Shown here piece by piece: positions 52,750 through 61,643 of a stretch of DNA of 62,648 nucleotides. Source of the stretch: Micrococcales bacterium 32-70-13 (GTDB lineage: Bacteria > Actinomycetota > Actinomycetes > Actinomycetales > Microbacteriaceae); the NCBI GenBank assembly GCA_002280615.1, contig NCEJ01000001.1, positions 1 to 62,648 of the forward strand, written 5' to 3'. Within the stretch, counting starts at the first letter, position 1; each line of letters opens with the position of its first letter. The translations under genes were made by a program, and so were the position numbers. A model generated the notes under the pieces. It searched no databases and was not told the origin of the DNA. It was given only the letters and a program-made list of their open reading frames with translations.

Positions 52750-52836
52750 GACGCACAGCATAGGGCGGGCCTGAGCGCGCCGACAGTGGGCCGCCTGAGA
52801 GAATGTCCAGCACACGGTCGAGACGGGGGTGAGCGG

Positions 52837-54846
52837 ATGCGCGGGCGCGAGCGGCACAGCACTGCCCGTCGCCCGACCGCTCAGCGGGCGCTCGCCGGCC
52901 TCGCGGTCGCCGCGATCGCGGCCGTCGGGCTCGCCCTGGCCCCGGCACCGCCCGCCGCGGCCGCCGCCGCGTTCGACGTGCCGCCGAGCGACTTCGTGGC
53001 GGGGTCGGCGGTGACGCTCACGGGGTCGAAGGATGCCGGCAGCACGCTCGTGATCCGCCGCGACGGCCAGGTCGTCTGCACGGTCGCCGACCCCGACGCG
53101 GTGACGTGGGAGTGCGCGGGCATCGCCGTGCCGAACGGGGTGCACGAGTTCACGGGCGACGAGACCCTGCCCGACGACTCGGTCGAGCCCCTCGCGCCGC
53201 TGACGCTGCGGGTGCTCGCGGCCCCCGCGCTCGAGGGCGCGGGTGGCTCGCTGCTCACGACGGGGCGCTTCAGCGGGTCGGCCGAGCCCGGGGCGAGCAT
53301 CCAGCTGCAGTCGATCGGCCCCGGCGGCGCGATCGACCACTCGTGCCCCGCCGCCCTGCCCGACGGGTTCTGGTCGTGCGCGCTCGCGCTCGACAGCGGC
53401 CAGTACGAGGTGCGGGCTCGACAGTCGTCCCCGGCAATCGGGCCAGAGTTCTCGGCCTACTCTGCCGCGGCAGCCGTGACGATCGATCGCACGGCGCCCA
53501 CGGCCCCGACCGTGACCTCGCCGCGCTCGGGCCCCTCGCCGACCCGCTCGGTGACGGCGCGCGGGGGCGGCGAGCGGGACGCGCTGCTGCAGGTATTCAT
53601 CGACGGCACGCTCGCGTGCGAGACGATCGTGAGCCCCTCGGGCAGCTGGGCCTGCCCCGTGCGCTGGCCCGGGCCGGGAACGTTCACGCTGCAGGCCCTG
53701 CAGCGCGATGCGGCCGGCAACTTCAGTTCCTCCAGTGCCCGCGTCGAGGTGAGCTACGCCCCACCGCCCCCCGACGCCGCGGCCCCGCCCCCGCCCGCTC
53801 CCGCCGAATCGGCGACCCCCTCCCCCGTGCCGAGCAGCCCGCCCGCGCCCGGCTCGCCCTCGCCTGCTCCCGCACCCCCCGTGGCGCCCCCCACCTCGAA
53901 CTGGGGAACGCCCACGGGTTTCGGGGCATCGCTGCCGACGGCCGAGCAGGTCGCCGACCGCGGCGGGTGGGCGGTCGCCCCGCTCGCGGGCCTCGCCTAC
54001 CTGCTGCTCGCGGCCCTGCCGCTGCGCGCGTTCGCGACGCACGTCGCGCCGCGCCTGCGTCGGCCGCGCATCGCGCTGACCGGCCGCAACCGGGGCCCGA
54101 TCGACGCCGATCACGGTGCCGCGGCGCCCATGCTCTCGCCCGCCCTCGTCGCGGCCGGAACCCTCGGCGGCGCGGCGGTCATCGCCGCGCTCTCGGGCGG
54201 TGTCGACGCCGAGGTGCGCTACCTGCGCCTGACGGCGGCGATCGGGCTCGGGTTGCTGCTGCTCAACGCCATCGCTGTGCTGCTGCCGGCCCGGCTCGCC
54301 GGCCGGGTCGCGCGGGTCGATGTGGTCGTGCGGCTGCTGCCGGGCATCCTGCTCGTCGCCCTCGCGGCGGCGCTCCTCTCACGCTTCGGCGGCCTCCAGC
54401 CGCCCCTGCTCGCGGGCGTGCTCATCGCCGCCTCCGCGGCCATCGGGTCGAGCCGACGCGCTCGAGCGGGCGTCGCGGTCGCGCAGTCGAGCGGCGTCGC
54501 CGCGCTCGCGCTCATCGGGTGGGCCGCCCACGACCTGCTCACGCCGAGCACCGGCTTCTGGATGACCCTCGCGAGCGAGACGGCCGCCGCGGTCGCCCTC
54601 GGCGGCCTCGGATCGCTGCTCATGCTGCTGCTGCCCGTCGGCCCGCTGCCGGGCCGCACCCTCTACGCCGTCTCGCCGCCCGCGTGGGCCGTCGTCGCCC
54701 TCGCCTCGGCGACCGTCGCGGGCGCGATCCTCGTCTCGGGCCCCGCCTTCCCGCTCGCCGCGCTCGTGCTCGCGGGCGCCGCCTTCGCGGGCGTGCTCAG
54801 CGCGGCCGTCGTCTGGACGCGCTGGGTCGCCCCCGCCTGGCGCTGA
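52837..54846 (+). CDS. Surface protein: signal peptide, three Cys-paired Ig-like domains, Pro-rich linker, multi-pass membrane domain
   Basis: C-x8/9-W-x-C repeats, IDRTAP.AP.VTSP, PPPP linker, about 8 TMs. Confidence 0.7.
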   Translation: MRGRERHSTARRPTAQRALAGLAVAAIAAVGLALAPAPPAAAAAAFDVPPSDFVAGSAVTLTGSKDAGSTLVIRRDGQVVCTVADPDAVTWECAGIAVPNGVHEFTGDETLPDDSVEPLAPLTLRVLAAPALEGAGGSLLTTGRFSGSAEPGASIQLQSIGPGGAIDHSCPAALPDGFWSCALALDSGQYEVRARQSSPAIGPEFSAYSAAAAVTIDRTAPTAPTVTSPRSGPSPTRSVTARGGGERDALLQVFIDGTLACETIVSPSGSWACPVRWPGPGTFTLQALQRDAAGNFSSSSARVEVSYAPPPPDAAAPPPPAPAESATPSPVPSSPPAPGSPSPAPAPPVAPPTSNWGTPTGFGASLPTAEQVADRGGWAVAPLAGLAYLLLAALPLRAFATHVAPRLRRPRIALTGRNRGPIDADHGAAAPMLSPALVAAGTLGGAAVIAALSGGVDAEVRYLRLTAAIGLGLLLLNAIAVLLPARLAGRVARVDVVVRLLPGILLVALAAALLSRFGGLQPPLLAGVLIAASAAIGSSRRARAGVAVAQSSGVAALALIGWAAHDLLTPSTGFWMTLASETAAAVALGGLGSLLMLLLPVGPLPGRTLYAVSPPAWAVVALASATVAGAILVSGPAFPLAALVLAGAAFAGVLSAAVVWTRWVAPAWR

Positions 54847-54861
54847 GCGGTCGGGGCGCGA

Positions 54862-56028
54862 TCAGCCCAGGCAGCCCCGGAGCGCGTCGATGATGCTCGT
54901 CGCGCGCGGGTCGTCGGCCTCGAGCACGTTCGTCACGAACGCGAAGCCGACATCGTGCACGGGGTCGGCGAACGCGACCTGCCCGCCCGCGCCGTCATGG
55001 CCGAAGCTTGCCGCCGTGAGGTAGCGGCGCGCGGCCGAGTCGAGCTGAAAGCCCATGCCCCAGCGCGGCCAGGGCGGCGGCGCCGTGAAGAACGGATGCC
55101 CGTCCGACTGCACGCGCAGCGCCTCGTCGAGCGTGCCGTCGTCGAGCAGCCGCACCCCGCCCTCGGCGACGACCGTCGCCGACCAGATCGTGGCGAGCGC
55201 ACGAGCCGTCGCGATGCCGCCCGCGGCGGGGAACTCGGCGGTGTGCAGTCGCGGGTCGTTGAACCCGCCCTCGTCGGTGACGAGCGCGGGCGGCAGGGCG
55301 CCGCCGAGCGTCATGGCGCGGTCGGGCCAGTCGATGACCCCCGGCACGCGGGCGGCGGCCTGGGTGTCGATGAGCGCCTGCAGGGTCGGGCCCACCGTGA
55401 GGTGCGAGACGCGGTGCTCGAGCGCCTCCGGCAGGCCGATCCAGGCCTCGACGCCGAGCGGATCGGCGACGAGCTCGGCGAAGTACTGCCCCGGGCTCAT
55501 GCCCGCCACCCGGCGGATGATCTCGCCCGCGAGCCAGCCCTGCGTGATCGCGTGGTACGCGTAGGCGTAGCCGGGGGCCCAGAGGGGTGCCTGCTCGGCG
55601 AGCGCCGACGTCACGGTGCCCCAGTCGAGGATCTCGTCGGTCGTGAGATCGCGAGCGGGGGCGCTGAGGCCTGAGCGGTGCCCGAGCACGTGCCGCACGA
55701 GCACCTTGTGCTTGCCGGCCTGCGCGAACTCGGGCCAGTAGTCGCTCACGGGGGCGTGGTAGTCGAGGCGCCCCTCCTGCACGAGCCGAGCCGCGAGCAC
55801 GGCCGTGAGGCCCTTCGTGCACGAGAAGACGACGTTGAGCGTGTCGGCGGCCCAGGGCTCGCCCGTGCGCACGTCGCGCACGCCGCCGTGCAGGTCGACG
55901 ACCGGAGCGCCGTCGACGCGCACCGCGAGCGCCGCGCCCATGCGGTCATGGCCCGCGAAGGCGCGCTCGAACGCCGCGCCCACGGCCTCGAAGCCCGGGG
56001 CGACCGTGCCGTTGATGGTCGCGCTCAT
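54862..56028 (-). CDS. Serine hydrolase (beta-lactamase-family esterase)
   Basis: FSCTKG (SxxK), YWPEF, H.SG, YH, FGH.GAGG. Confidence 0.9.
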   Translation of the reverse strand: MSATINGTVAPGFEAVGAAFERAFAGHDRMGAALAVRVDGAPVVDLHGGVRDVRTGEPWAADTLNVVFSCTKGLTAVLAARLVQEGRLDYHAPVSDYWPEFAQAGKHKVLVRHVLGHRSGLSAPARDLTTDEILDWGTVTSALAEQAPLWAPGYAYAYHAITQGWLAGEIIRRVAGMSPGQYFAELVADPLGVEAWIGLPEALEHRVSHLTVGPTLQALIDTQAAARVPGVIDWPDRAMTLGGALPPALVTDEGGFNDPRLHTAEFPAAGGIATARALATIWSATVVAEGGVRLLDDGTLDEALRVQSDGHPFFTAPPPWPRWGMGFQLDSAARRYLTAASFGHDGAGGQVAFADPVHDVGFAFVTNVLEADDPRATSIIDALRGCLG

Positions 56029-57014
56029 GCGCTCACCACCGCCTCGACAGCGAGCGCGAGCCCGCCGAGCTCGGTCGACCAGGCGAGGGTCATCGGGCCG
56101 ACGATGCCGCCCCCGAACACACCGTGCTCGTCGAGGTTGCGGAAGGCGAAGAGCTGCCAGCGGCCCTCGCGGTCGCGCACCGCGCGCGCCGCGTAGAGCG
56201 CATCGTCGTGCACGAGGCGCGCCGGAGCCGCGTCGATGACGGCGCCCGGGCCCGTCGCCCCCTCGGCCTCCACCGCCCAGATGCCGCCGCGCTCGCCCCG
56301 CGCCTCGCGCCCGCCCGCGAGCGCGGGGGTGTCGCACGAGAACAGCAGCACGCGGTGGCCGTCGATGTCGATGAGCTGCGGCACCTCGAGATGCCGGAAG
56401 CCGGCGCCCGGTCGTGTGAGCGGCTCGACGGCCGTCCACGACACGAGATCGGGAGAGGTCGCCACGCCCACGACCCCGCGGTCGAGCTCGTCGGCGCCGT
56501 CGAGCGCGCGGGCCGTGACGAGCATCCACCAGCCCCCCGCGGGGTCGGGCATGACCCACGGATCGCGCCAGGCCTCCTCGGGCCAGACCGAGTGCCCCAG
56601 CGTCTCGTATCGCGCGGGGTCGGCCGAGAGCGAGCGCTCCGGATGCCGCACCCACGTGTGCAGGTCGGTCGAGGTCGCGGCGATGACGGTCTCGATGTTG
56701 GCGTGCGCGTCGGGCCGCAGGAACCGCGAGCCCGTGTAGAGCATGTGCCAGGTGCCGTCGGCGTCGCGCACGACGCTGCCCGTCCAGGTGGCGTGCGCGT
56801 CGGCCGCATCGCCGCCGCTCGGCTCGAGGCACACCCCGAGGTCGGTCCACTCGCGCAGATCGGTCGAGACCGCGTGCCCGATGCGCGCGTTGCGGTGCCG
56901 CAGGTGGGGGTCGCCGAGCGAGCGCGGGGCGTGCAGGTAGAACAGGTGGAACTGATCGCCGTCGTCGGCGAACCAGAAGTCCCAGACCCAGTGGTCGTGG
57001 AGGGAGAACGGCAT
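56025..57014 (-). CDS. GH32-like (clan J) beta-fructosidase
   Basis: WVWDFW, WTGS, WRDP, EVP catalytic motifs. Confidence 0.85.
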   Translation of the reverse strand: MPFSLHDHWVWDFWFADDGDQFHLFYLHAPRSLGDPHLRHRNARIGHAVSTDLREWTDLGVCLEPSGGDAADAHATWTGSVVRDADGTWHMLYTGSRFLRPDAHANIETVIAATSTDLHTWVRHPERSLSADPARYETLGHSVWPEEAWRDPWVMPDPAGGWWMLVTARALDGADELDRGVVGVATSPDLVSWTAVEPLTRPGAGFRHLEVPQLIDIDGHRVLLFSCDTPALAGGREARGERGGIWAVEAEGATGPGAVIDAAPARLVHDDALYAARAVRDREGRWQLFAFRNLDEHGVFGGGIVGPMTLAWSTELGGLALAVEAVVSA

Positions 57015-57073
57015 GGGGGCCCTTACTGAGAGTGGTGGAGGGAGCGGGATGCGCGGCCGGCGCCGCGACCGGG

Positions 57074-57898
57074 TCAGCCCTTGACGGCGCCCTGGAGGAG
57101 CGCGCGGATGAACTGCCGCTGGAAGATGAGGAACACCGTGATGGCGGGCACGATGATGATGAGCGCCCCCGCGTTGAGCAGCGGGATGCTCAGGTAGTAC
57201 TGCCCCTGGAAGAAGGTCAGCGCGCCCGCGACCGTGCGGTCGAGCGGGTCGGCGATGAGCACGACCGGGAGCAGGAACTGGTTCCACGTCCAGATGAACA
57301 GCAGGATCGTGAGCGCGCTCAGCGACGGCAGGGCGAGCGGCAGCTGGATGCGGAAGAACTCCTGCCACAGCGTGGCCCCGTCGACGCGCGCGGCCTCGCT
57401 GAGCTCGCGCGGCACGTTGACGAAGTGCGCGCGCATCCAGAACACCGAGAACGGCATGAACAGGCCGATGAGCGGGAAGATGACCGCCCACTGGGTGTTG
57501 AGCGTGCCGAGAGCCTGCGCCTGGTAGTAGAGCGGGATGATGAGCGACTCGAACGGGATCGTCAGGCCCAGCACGAACACCATGAGGATGATGCGACCGC
57601 CCCGAACCTGCAGCCCGCCCAGGGCGTAGCCCGCGAGCGTCGCGATGATGAGCGCGACGGGCACGACGCAGATGACGATGAACGCGCTCGAGCCCATGAG
57701 GCGCCAGACGTTGCCGACCTCGAAGGCCGTGACGAAGTTGATCCACTGCGGATCGGTCGGCCACGAGAGCCCGATGGGGTTGCGGTCGGCCGGCTGCAGC
57801 GCCGCCGAGAGCATGTTGACGAGCGGGATGAGGGTGAGCACGACCGCCACGAGCAGCAGCAGTCGGCCGAGCACCACTTCGGTGCGCGAGGTGATCAT
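57074..57898 (-). CDS. Carbohydrate ABC transporter permease
   Basis: EAARVDGA, WNQFL.P, FQRQF. Confidence 0.92.
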   Translation of the reverse strand: MITSRTEVVLGRLLLLVAVVLTLIPLVNMLSAALQPADRNPIGLSWPTDPQWINFVTAFEVGNVWRLMGSSAFIVICVVPVALIIATLAGYALGGLQVRGGRIILMVFVLGLTIPFESLIIPLYYQAQALGTLNTQWAVIFPLIGLFMPFSVFWMRAHFVNVPRELSEAARVDGATLWQEFFRIQLPLALPSLSALTILLFIWTWNQFLLPVVLIADPLDRTVAGALTFFQGQYYLSIPLLNAGALIIIVPAITVFLIFQRQFIRALLQGAVKG

Positions 57899-58818
57899 CG
57901 GTCGCCGATCCTCGAGAGCCGCTGGATGGGGAGCACGAGGGCGAGAACCAGCACCATCATGACGATGCCGAACGCCGACGCGAGGCCGACGTCGCTCTGC
58001 GTGAACCCGATGCGGAAGATGAGCAGGCCCGGCACGAGCGTCGCGCGCCCGGGGCCGCCCTGCGTGGACGTGTAGATGATGTCGAAGGTGCTGAGCGCGG
58101 CGATGACCGTGAGGGTCACGAGCACCGCGAGCTCTTGCCGCAGGCCGGGCAGCGTGATCGTGAAGAACTCGCGGAACCAGCCGGCGCCGTCGAGGCGGAT
58201 CGCCTCGTAGAGCGAGGTGTCGATCTTTCCGATGCCGGTGAGCAGCAGCACCGTGCACAGGCCCGTGAGCACCCACGAGCCGATGAGCCCGACCGCGGGC
58301 AGGGCGGTGCCGTAGTCGGCGAGCCACGGGCGGGTGAGGAAGCCCAGGCCGAGGGTGCTGAGGATCTGGTTGACGGCGCCCGTCTGGGCGTACATCCACG
58401 ACCAGGCGATGCCCGCCGCCGCGAGCGGGATGATCTGCGGCAGGAACAGCACCGTCTGCGAGGCCCGCAGGGCGAAGCCGTCGCGCATCGTGCGGATGAG
58501 CGTCGCGAGCACGAGCCCCGTCCCGACCGGGATGAGCGTGAAGAACGCGATGAGCACGAACGAGTTGCGGATCGCCCCGAGCAGGTCGGGGTTCATCAGC
58601 ACCTGCACGTAGTTCTCGAGGCCCACCCACGTGGCGACCCCGATGCCGTTCCAGTCGTAGAACGAGTACTGGATGCCCGTGGCGAGCGGATAGATCACGA
58701 ACGATCCGTAGGCGACCAGTGCGGGCACGAGCAGCAGCCACGCCGCCCGGTCGGCCCGCCGGGCCGCCGCTCTCGCGGCAGCCCGGCGAGGGGCGCTCGA
58801 CGTCTGCGTGGCGGTCAC
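57895..58818 (-). CDS. Carbohydrate ABC transporter permease
   Basis: WVGLENY, YEAIRLDGA, ITLP, GGPG. Confidence 0.92.
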   Translation of the reverse strand: MTATQTSSAPRRAAARAAARRADRAAWLLLVPALVAYGSFVIYPLATGIQYSFYDWNGIGVATWVGLENYVQVLMNPDLLGAIRNSFVLIAFFTLIPVGTGLVLATLIRTMRDGFALRASQTVLFLPQIIPLAAAGIAWSWMYAQTGAVNQILSTLGLGFLTRPWLADYGTALPAVGLIGSWVLTGLCTVLLLTGIGKIDTSLYEAIRLDGAGWFREFFTITLPGLRQELAVLVTLTVIAALSTFDIIYTSTQGGPGRATLVPGLLIFRIGFTQSDVGLASAFGIVMMVLVLALVLPIQRLSRIGDR

Positions 58819-58882
58819 GCGACGACCTCCTCCAGGCGAGTGGCGGTACGCGACCGCCGCACGACGTCGAGCGCCCTCATGA

Positions 58883-60232
58883 TCAACCGCCGATTTCCTG
58901 CTCGTAGAACGCCTGGACGCGCTCCACGAACTCGCGGCCGGTGATCTGGCTCGTCACGAGCAGCTGCGACTCGGGGATGATCGAGCCGGCGTAGATGCCC
59001 GCCGTGGTGTTGGCCATGAAGTCGACCTGGCCGTTGTCTTCACCGATCTGCGCGCTCATCTCGAGCGCCTTCTCGATGAGCGAGCCGGGCTCGACCGTCG
59101 GCAGCGGCAGGCTCGGGTCGCCACCGGGCGAGGCGCCCGTGATGTCGACGATGATCTGGCGCGCCTCGGGGTTCGTGTGGATCCAGTTGAGGAAGAACAC
59201 GATCTCGTTGAGGTTGTCGCTGCCCGCGGCCACCGAGAACGAGTTCGCGGCGCCCATCGCGATGAAGCGGTCGCCCTCGTTCGCCGGCGGGGCGAGGAAG
59301 AAGGTCACGTCGTCGCCGAGCGCCTCCTGGTAGCCCGCGGCGGCCCAGTTGCCGTTGAACGTGAAGAGGCCCTCGCCCTCCGAGAAGCGCGTGACGAACG
59401 TGAAGTAGTCGATCGCGTTGATGTCGGAGGGGAAGTAGCCGGCGTCGGCCCACTCGCGCACCTTCTCGGCGCCCTGGATGTTGCCCTCGGTCGCGTAGGT
59501 CGCGCCCGGCTCGTTGAACATCCAGCTCAGGAACTCGTCCTGGTCGGCGTACTGGTTCATGAGCGCCTGCACGACGAAGTTCACGACGCCGTCGCTGTCG
59601 CCCGCCATGATCGGGAGGATGCCGGCGGCCTTGGCGGCCTCCATCATCTCCTCCATCTCGGCGATGGTCGCGGGGGGCTCCTCGATGCCGAGGCTCTCGG
59701 CGAGGGCGAGGTTCATGTAGACGCCCGTGACGCTGTAGCCGAGGCCGAGCTGGTAGAGCGAGCCGGAGCCGCGCACGCCCTCCTCGGTCATGCGCAGCGG
59801 CGAGAGCTGCGAGGCCGGCCAGGCGTCCCAGCCGTAGGCGTCGTAGTACGGGTCGAGGTTGGCGAGCAGGCCGTCTTTCACCGTGTCGCCGATGGTGGGG
59901 AGGCGGATGAGGTCGGGCGGGTTCTCGCCCGCGAGCAGGCGCGGGGCGTTGGCCGTGAGGTTCTGGAACGTGTCGCGCGTGATCTCGAACGTGACGTTCG
60001 GGTACTGACGCGTGAACTCCTCCGTGAGCGCGTCGGTGACCGGGAAGCCGGTCTCGTCGGCGATCGTGAGCACGACCTCCTCGTCGGTCAGCTCGGTGCT
60101 GACCGCGACGCCGTCCGACTCCTCGGGAGCAGCGGCGCCGGGGGCGCAGCCGGCGAGGCCGAGCATCGCGAACGCGACCGCCGCCCCGACCACCGCGCGG
60201 GAGTGCCCGCGCCGGGATGTGTGAAGACGCAT
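58883..60232 (-). CDS. Sugar ABC transporter substrate-binding lipoprotein
   Basis: Lipobox LAGC, F...YPNV, PD, GNW. Confidence 0.9.
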   Translation of the reverse strand: MRLHTSRRGHSRAVVGAAVAFAMLGLAGCAPGAAAPEESDGVAVSTELTDEEVVLTIADETGFPVTDALTEEFTRQYPNVTFEITRDTFQNLTANAPRLLAGENPPDLIRLPTIGDTVKDGLLANLDPYYDAYGWDAWPASQLSPLRMTEEGVRGSGSLYQLGLGYSVTGVYMNLALAESLGIEEPPATIAEMEEMMEAAKAAGILPIMAGDSDGVVNFVVQALMNQYADQDEFLSWMFNEPGATYATEGNIQGAEKVREWADAGYFPSDINAIDYFTFVTRFSEGEGLFTFNGNWAAAGYQEALGDDVTFFLAPPANEGDRFIAMGAANSFSVAAGSDNLNEIVFFLNWIHTNPEARQIIVDITGASPGGDPSLPLPTVEPGSLIEKALEMSAQIGEDNGQVDFMANTTAGIYAGSIIPESQLLVTSQITGREFVERVQAFYEQEIGG

Positions 60233-60322
60233 TGTGTGACTCCTTTGTCTGAATCTCTTGGTGGCTGATCGACAGGGTGGCACGTTCGCGCCCCGCGATC
60301 GGCATTGGCCACTGGGGGCCGG

Positions 60323-60340
60323 TGCTAAATCGATTTAGCA
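60323..60340. promoter_or_regulatory. LacI-family operator
   Basis: Perfect 18-bp palindrome TGCTAAATCGATTTAGCA with central CG, between the divergent SBP and LacI genes. Confidence 0.85.
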
Positions 60341-60425
60341 ACACGCGAGGGCATCGTGTCAAGCCGGATGCCCGAACAGCCCCGCACACCGACATAGACT
60401 CGGGCAGACGACGAGGAGGCGGCAC

Positions 60426-61451
60426 ATGGCGGGCAAGCGGGTCACCCTTGCCGACGTCGCCCGGCGCGCCGGCCTCTCCTCCACGGCCGCCTCGATGATC
60501 CTCAACGGGCGCCCCGACACCCGCCTGTCGCAAGACGCGCACGACCGGGTCATCCACGCCGCCGCCGAGCTCGGCTACCGGCCGAACCTCACGGCGCGCG
60601 GGCTGCGCACCGAGCGCACCGACACGATCGGGTTCATCTCCGACGTCGTCGCCACCACCCGCTTCGCGAGCGGTCTCATCAAGGGCGCGCTCGACAACGC
60701 CCACGCGGCCGGCCACGTGCTGCTCGTGCTCGAGACCGCGGGCGAGCCGCAGCGTGAGGCCGAGGCCGTCGAGGCCGTGCTCGACCGGCAGGTCGACGGC
60801 GTCATCTTCGCGACGATGCGCTCGCGCGAGCTGTACGTGCCGCCCGTGCCCGACGGCACGCGCGTCGTGCTGCTCAACGCGACGAACGAGCAGCACCCCG
60901 TCTCAGTGCTGCCCGACGAGTACGCGGGCGGCCGCGCGGCAATCGAGCTGCTCGCCGAGGCCGGGCACCGCGAGGGAATCCTGCTGCTGGGCCACGACGC
61001 CGAGAAGGAGCGCGGGTTGTTCCGCTCGATGACGGTCGCGCGCCGCATCGCCGGCATCCGCGACGCCATGGCCGAGCGCTCGCTCGCCTTCCTCGCCGAG
61101 GAGTCGATCTGGCTCTGGGAGCCCCAGAACGGCTACGCCGCCATGACCAAGCTCATCAAGCGCCACGGCCGCGCCCTCCAGGCCATCGTCGCCCTCAACG
61201 ACCGGCTCGCCTTCGGGGCCTACCAGGCGCTCGCCGAGGCCGGGCTCTCGGTGCCCGGCGACGTGTCGATCGTCTCGTTCGACAACGACGAGCTCGCGGC
61301 CTACATGCGCCCAGGCCTCACGACGATCGCCCTCCCCCACGAGGCCATGGGGCGCGCGGCGGTGGATGCTGTGCTCGACCCCGACCGCACCGGCGAGATC
61401 CTCGTGCCGATGCCCGTCGTCGAGCGCGACTCGGTCGCCCACGTTTCGTAG
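60426..61451 (+). CDS. LacI family transcriptional regulator
   Basis: VTLADVARRAGLS, LGYRPN..ARGL, ND..A.G, VP.DVSIVSFD, LTTI. Confidence 0.95.
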   Translation: MAGKRVTLADVARRAGLSSTAASMILNGRPDTRLSQDAHDRVIHAAAELGYRPNLTARGLRTERTDTIGFISDVVATTRFASGLIKGALDNAHAAGHVLLVLETAGEPQREAEAVEAVLDRQVDGVIFATMRSRELYVPPVPDGTRVVLLNATNEQHPVSVLPDEYAGGRAAIELLAEAGHREGILLLGHDAEKERGLFRSMTVARRIAGIRDAMAERSLAFLAEESIWLWEPQNGYAAMTKLIKRHGRALQAIVALNDRLAFGAYQALAEAGLSVPGDVSIVSFDNDELAAYMRPGLTTIALPHEAMGRAAVDAVLDPDRTGEILVPMPVVERDSVAHVS

Positions 61452-61502
61452 TACCCCGGGTGGGGGTCGAACCCCGCGACGCGCCAGCGTCGCGCGCAGA
61501 CG
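61449..61502 (-). repeat. Diverged copy of the tRNA-Leu 3' end plus 28-bp hairpin element
   Basis: 61449-61474 vs 61503-61528 20/26 identical; spacer 61475-61502 is 25/28 identical to 43339-43366. Confidence 0.8.
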
Positions 61503-61578
61503 TGGTACCCCGACAGGGACTCGAACCCTGACTGAAGCGATTTTAAGTCGCCTGCCTCTGCCATTGGGCTACCGGGGC
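61503..61578 (-). tRNA. tRNA-Leu (UAA), 76 nt, CCA encoded
   Basis: GCCCCGGTAGCCCAATGGCAGAGGCAGGCGACTTAAAATCGCTTCAGTCAGGGTTCGAGTCCCTGTCGGGGTACCA cloverleaf, anticodon loop CTTAAAA. Confidence 0.95.
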
Positions 61579-61597
61579 GTGCCGCCAGCCTAGAACG

Positions 61598-61636
61598 CGC
61601 GAAACCCCCGGCCGCACGGCGACCGGGGGTTTCGCG
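61598..61636 (-). terminator. Intrinsic terminator after the ndh-like gene
   Basis: 14-bp stem CGCGAAACCCCCGG/CCGGGGGTTTCGCG. Confidence 0.75.
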
Positions 61637-61643
61637 ATGAGGC

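Noticed and set aside
53760-53895. C-rich low-complexity tract
   Set aside because: Encodes the Pro-rich linker of the surface protein; not an independent repeat element.
43367-57764. N-terminally extended ORF calls (ilvA 772 aa, LemA 643 aa, esterase 662 aa, GH32 579 aa and others)
   Set aside because: The extensions overlap neighbouring real genes and are low-complexity; starts were reassigned to motif- and promoter-supported codons.
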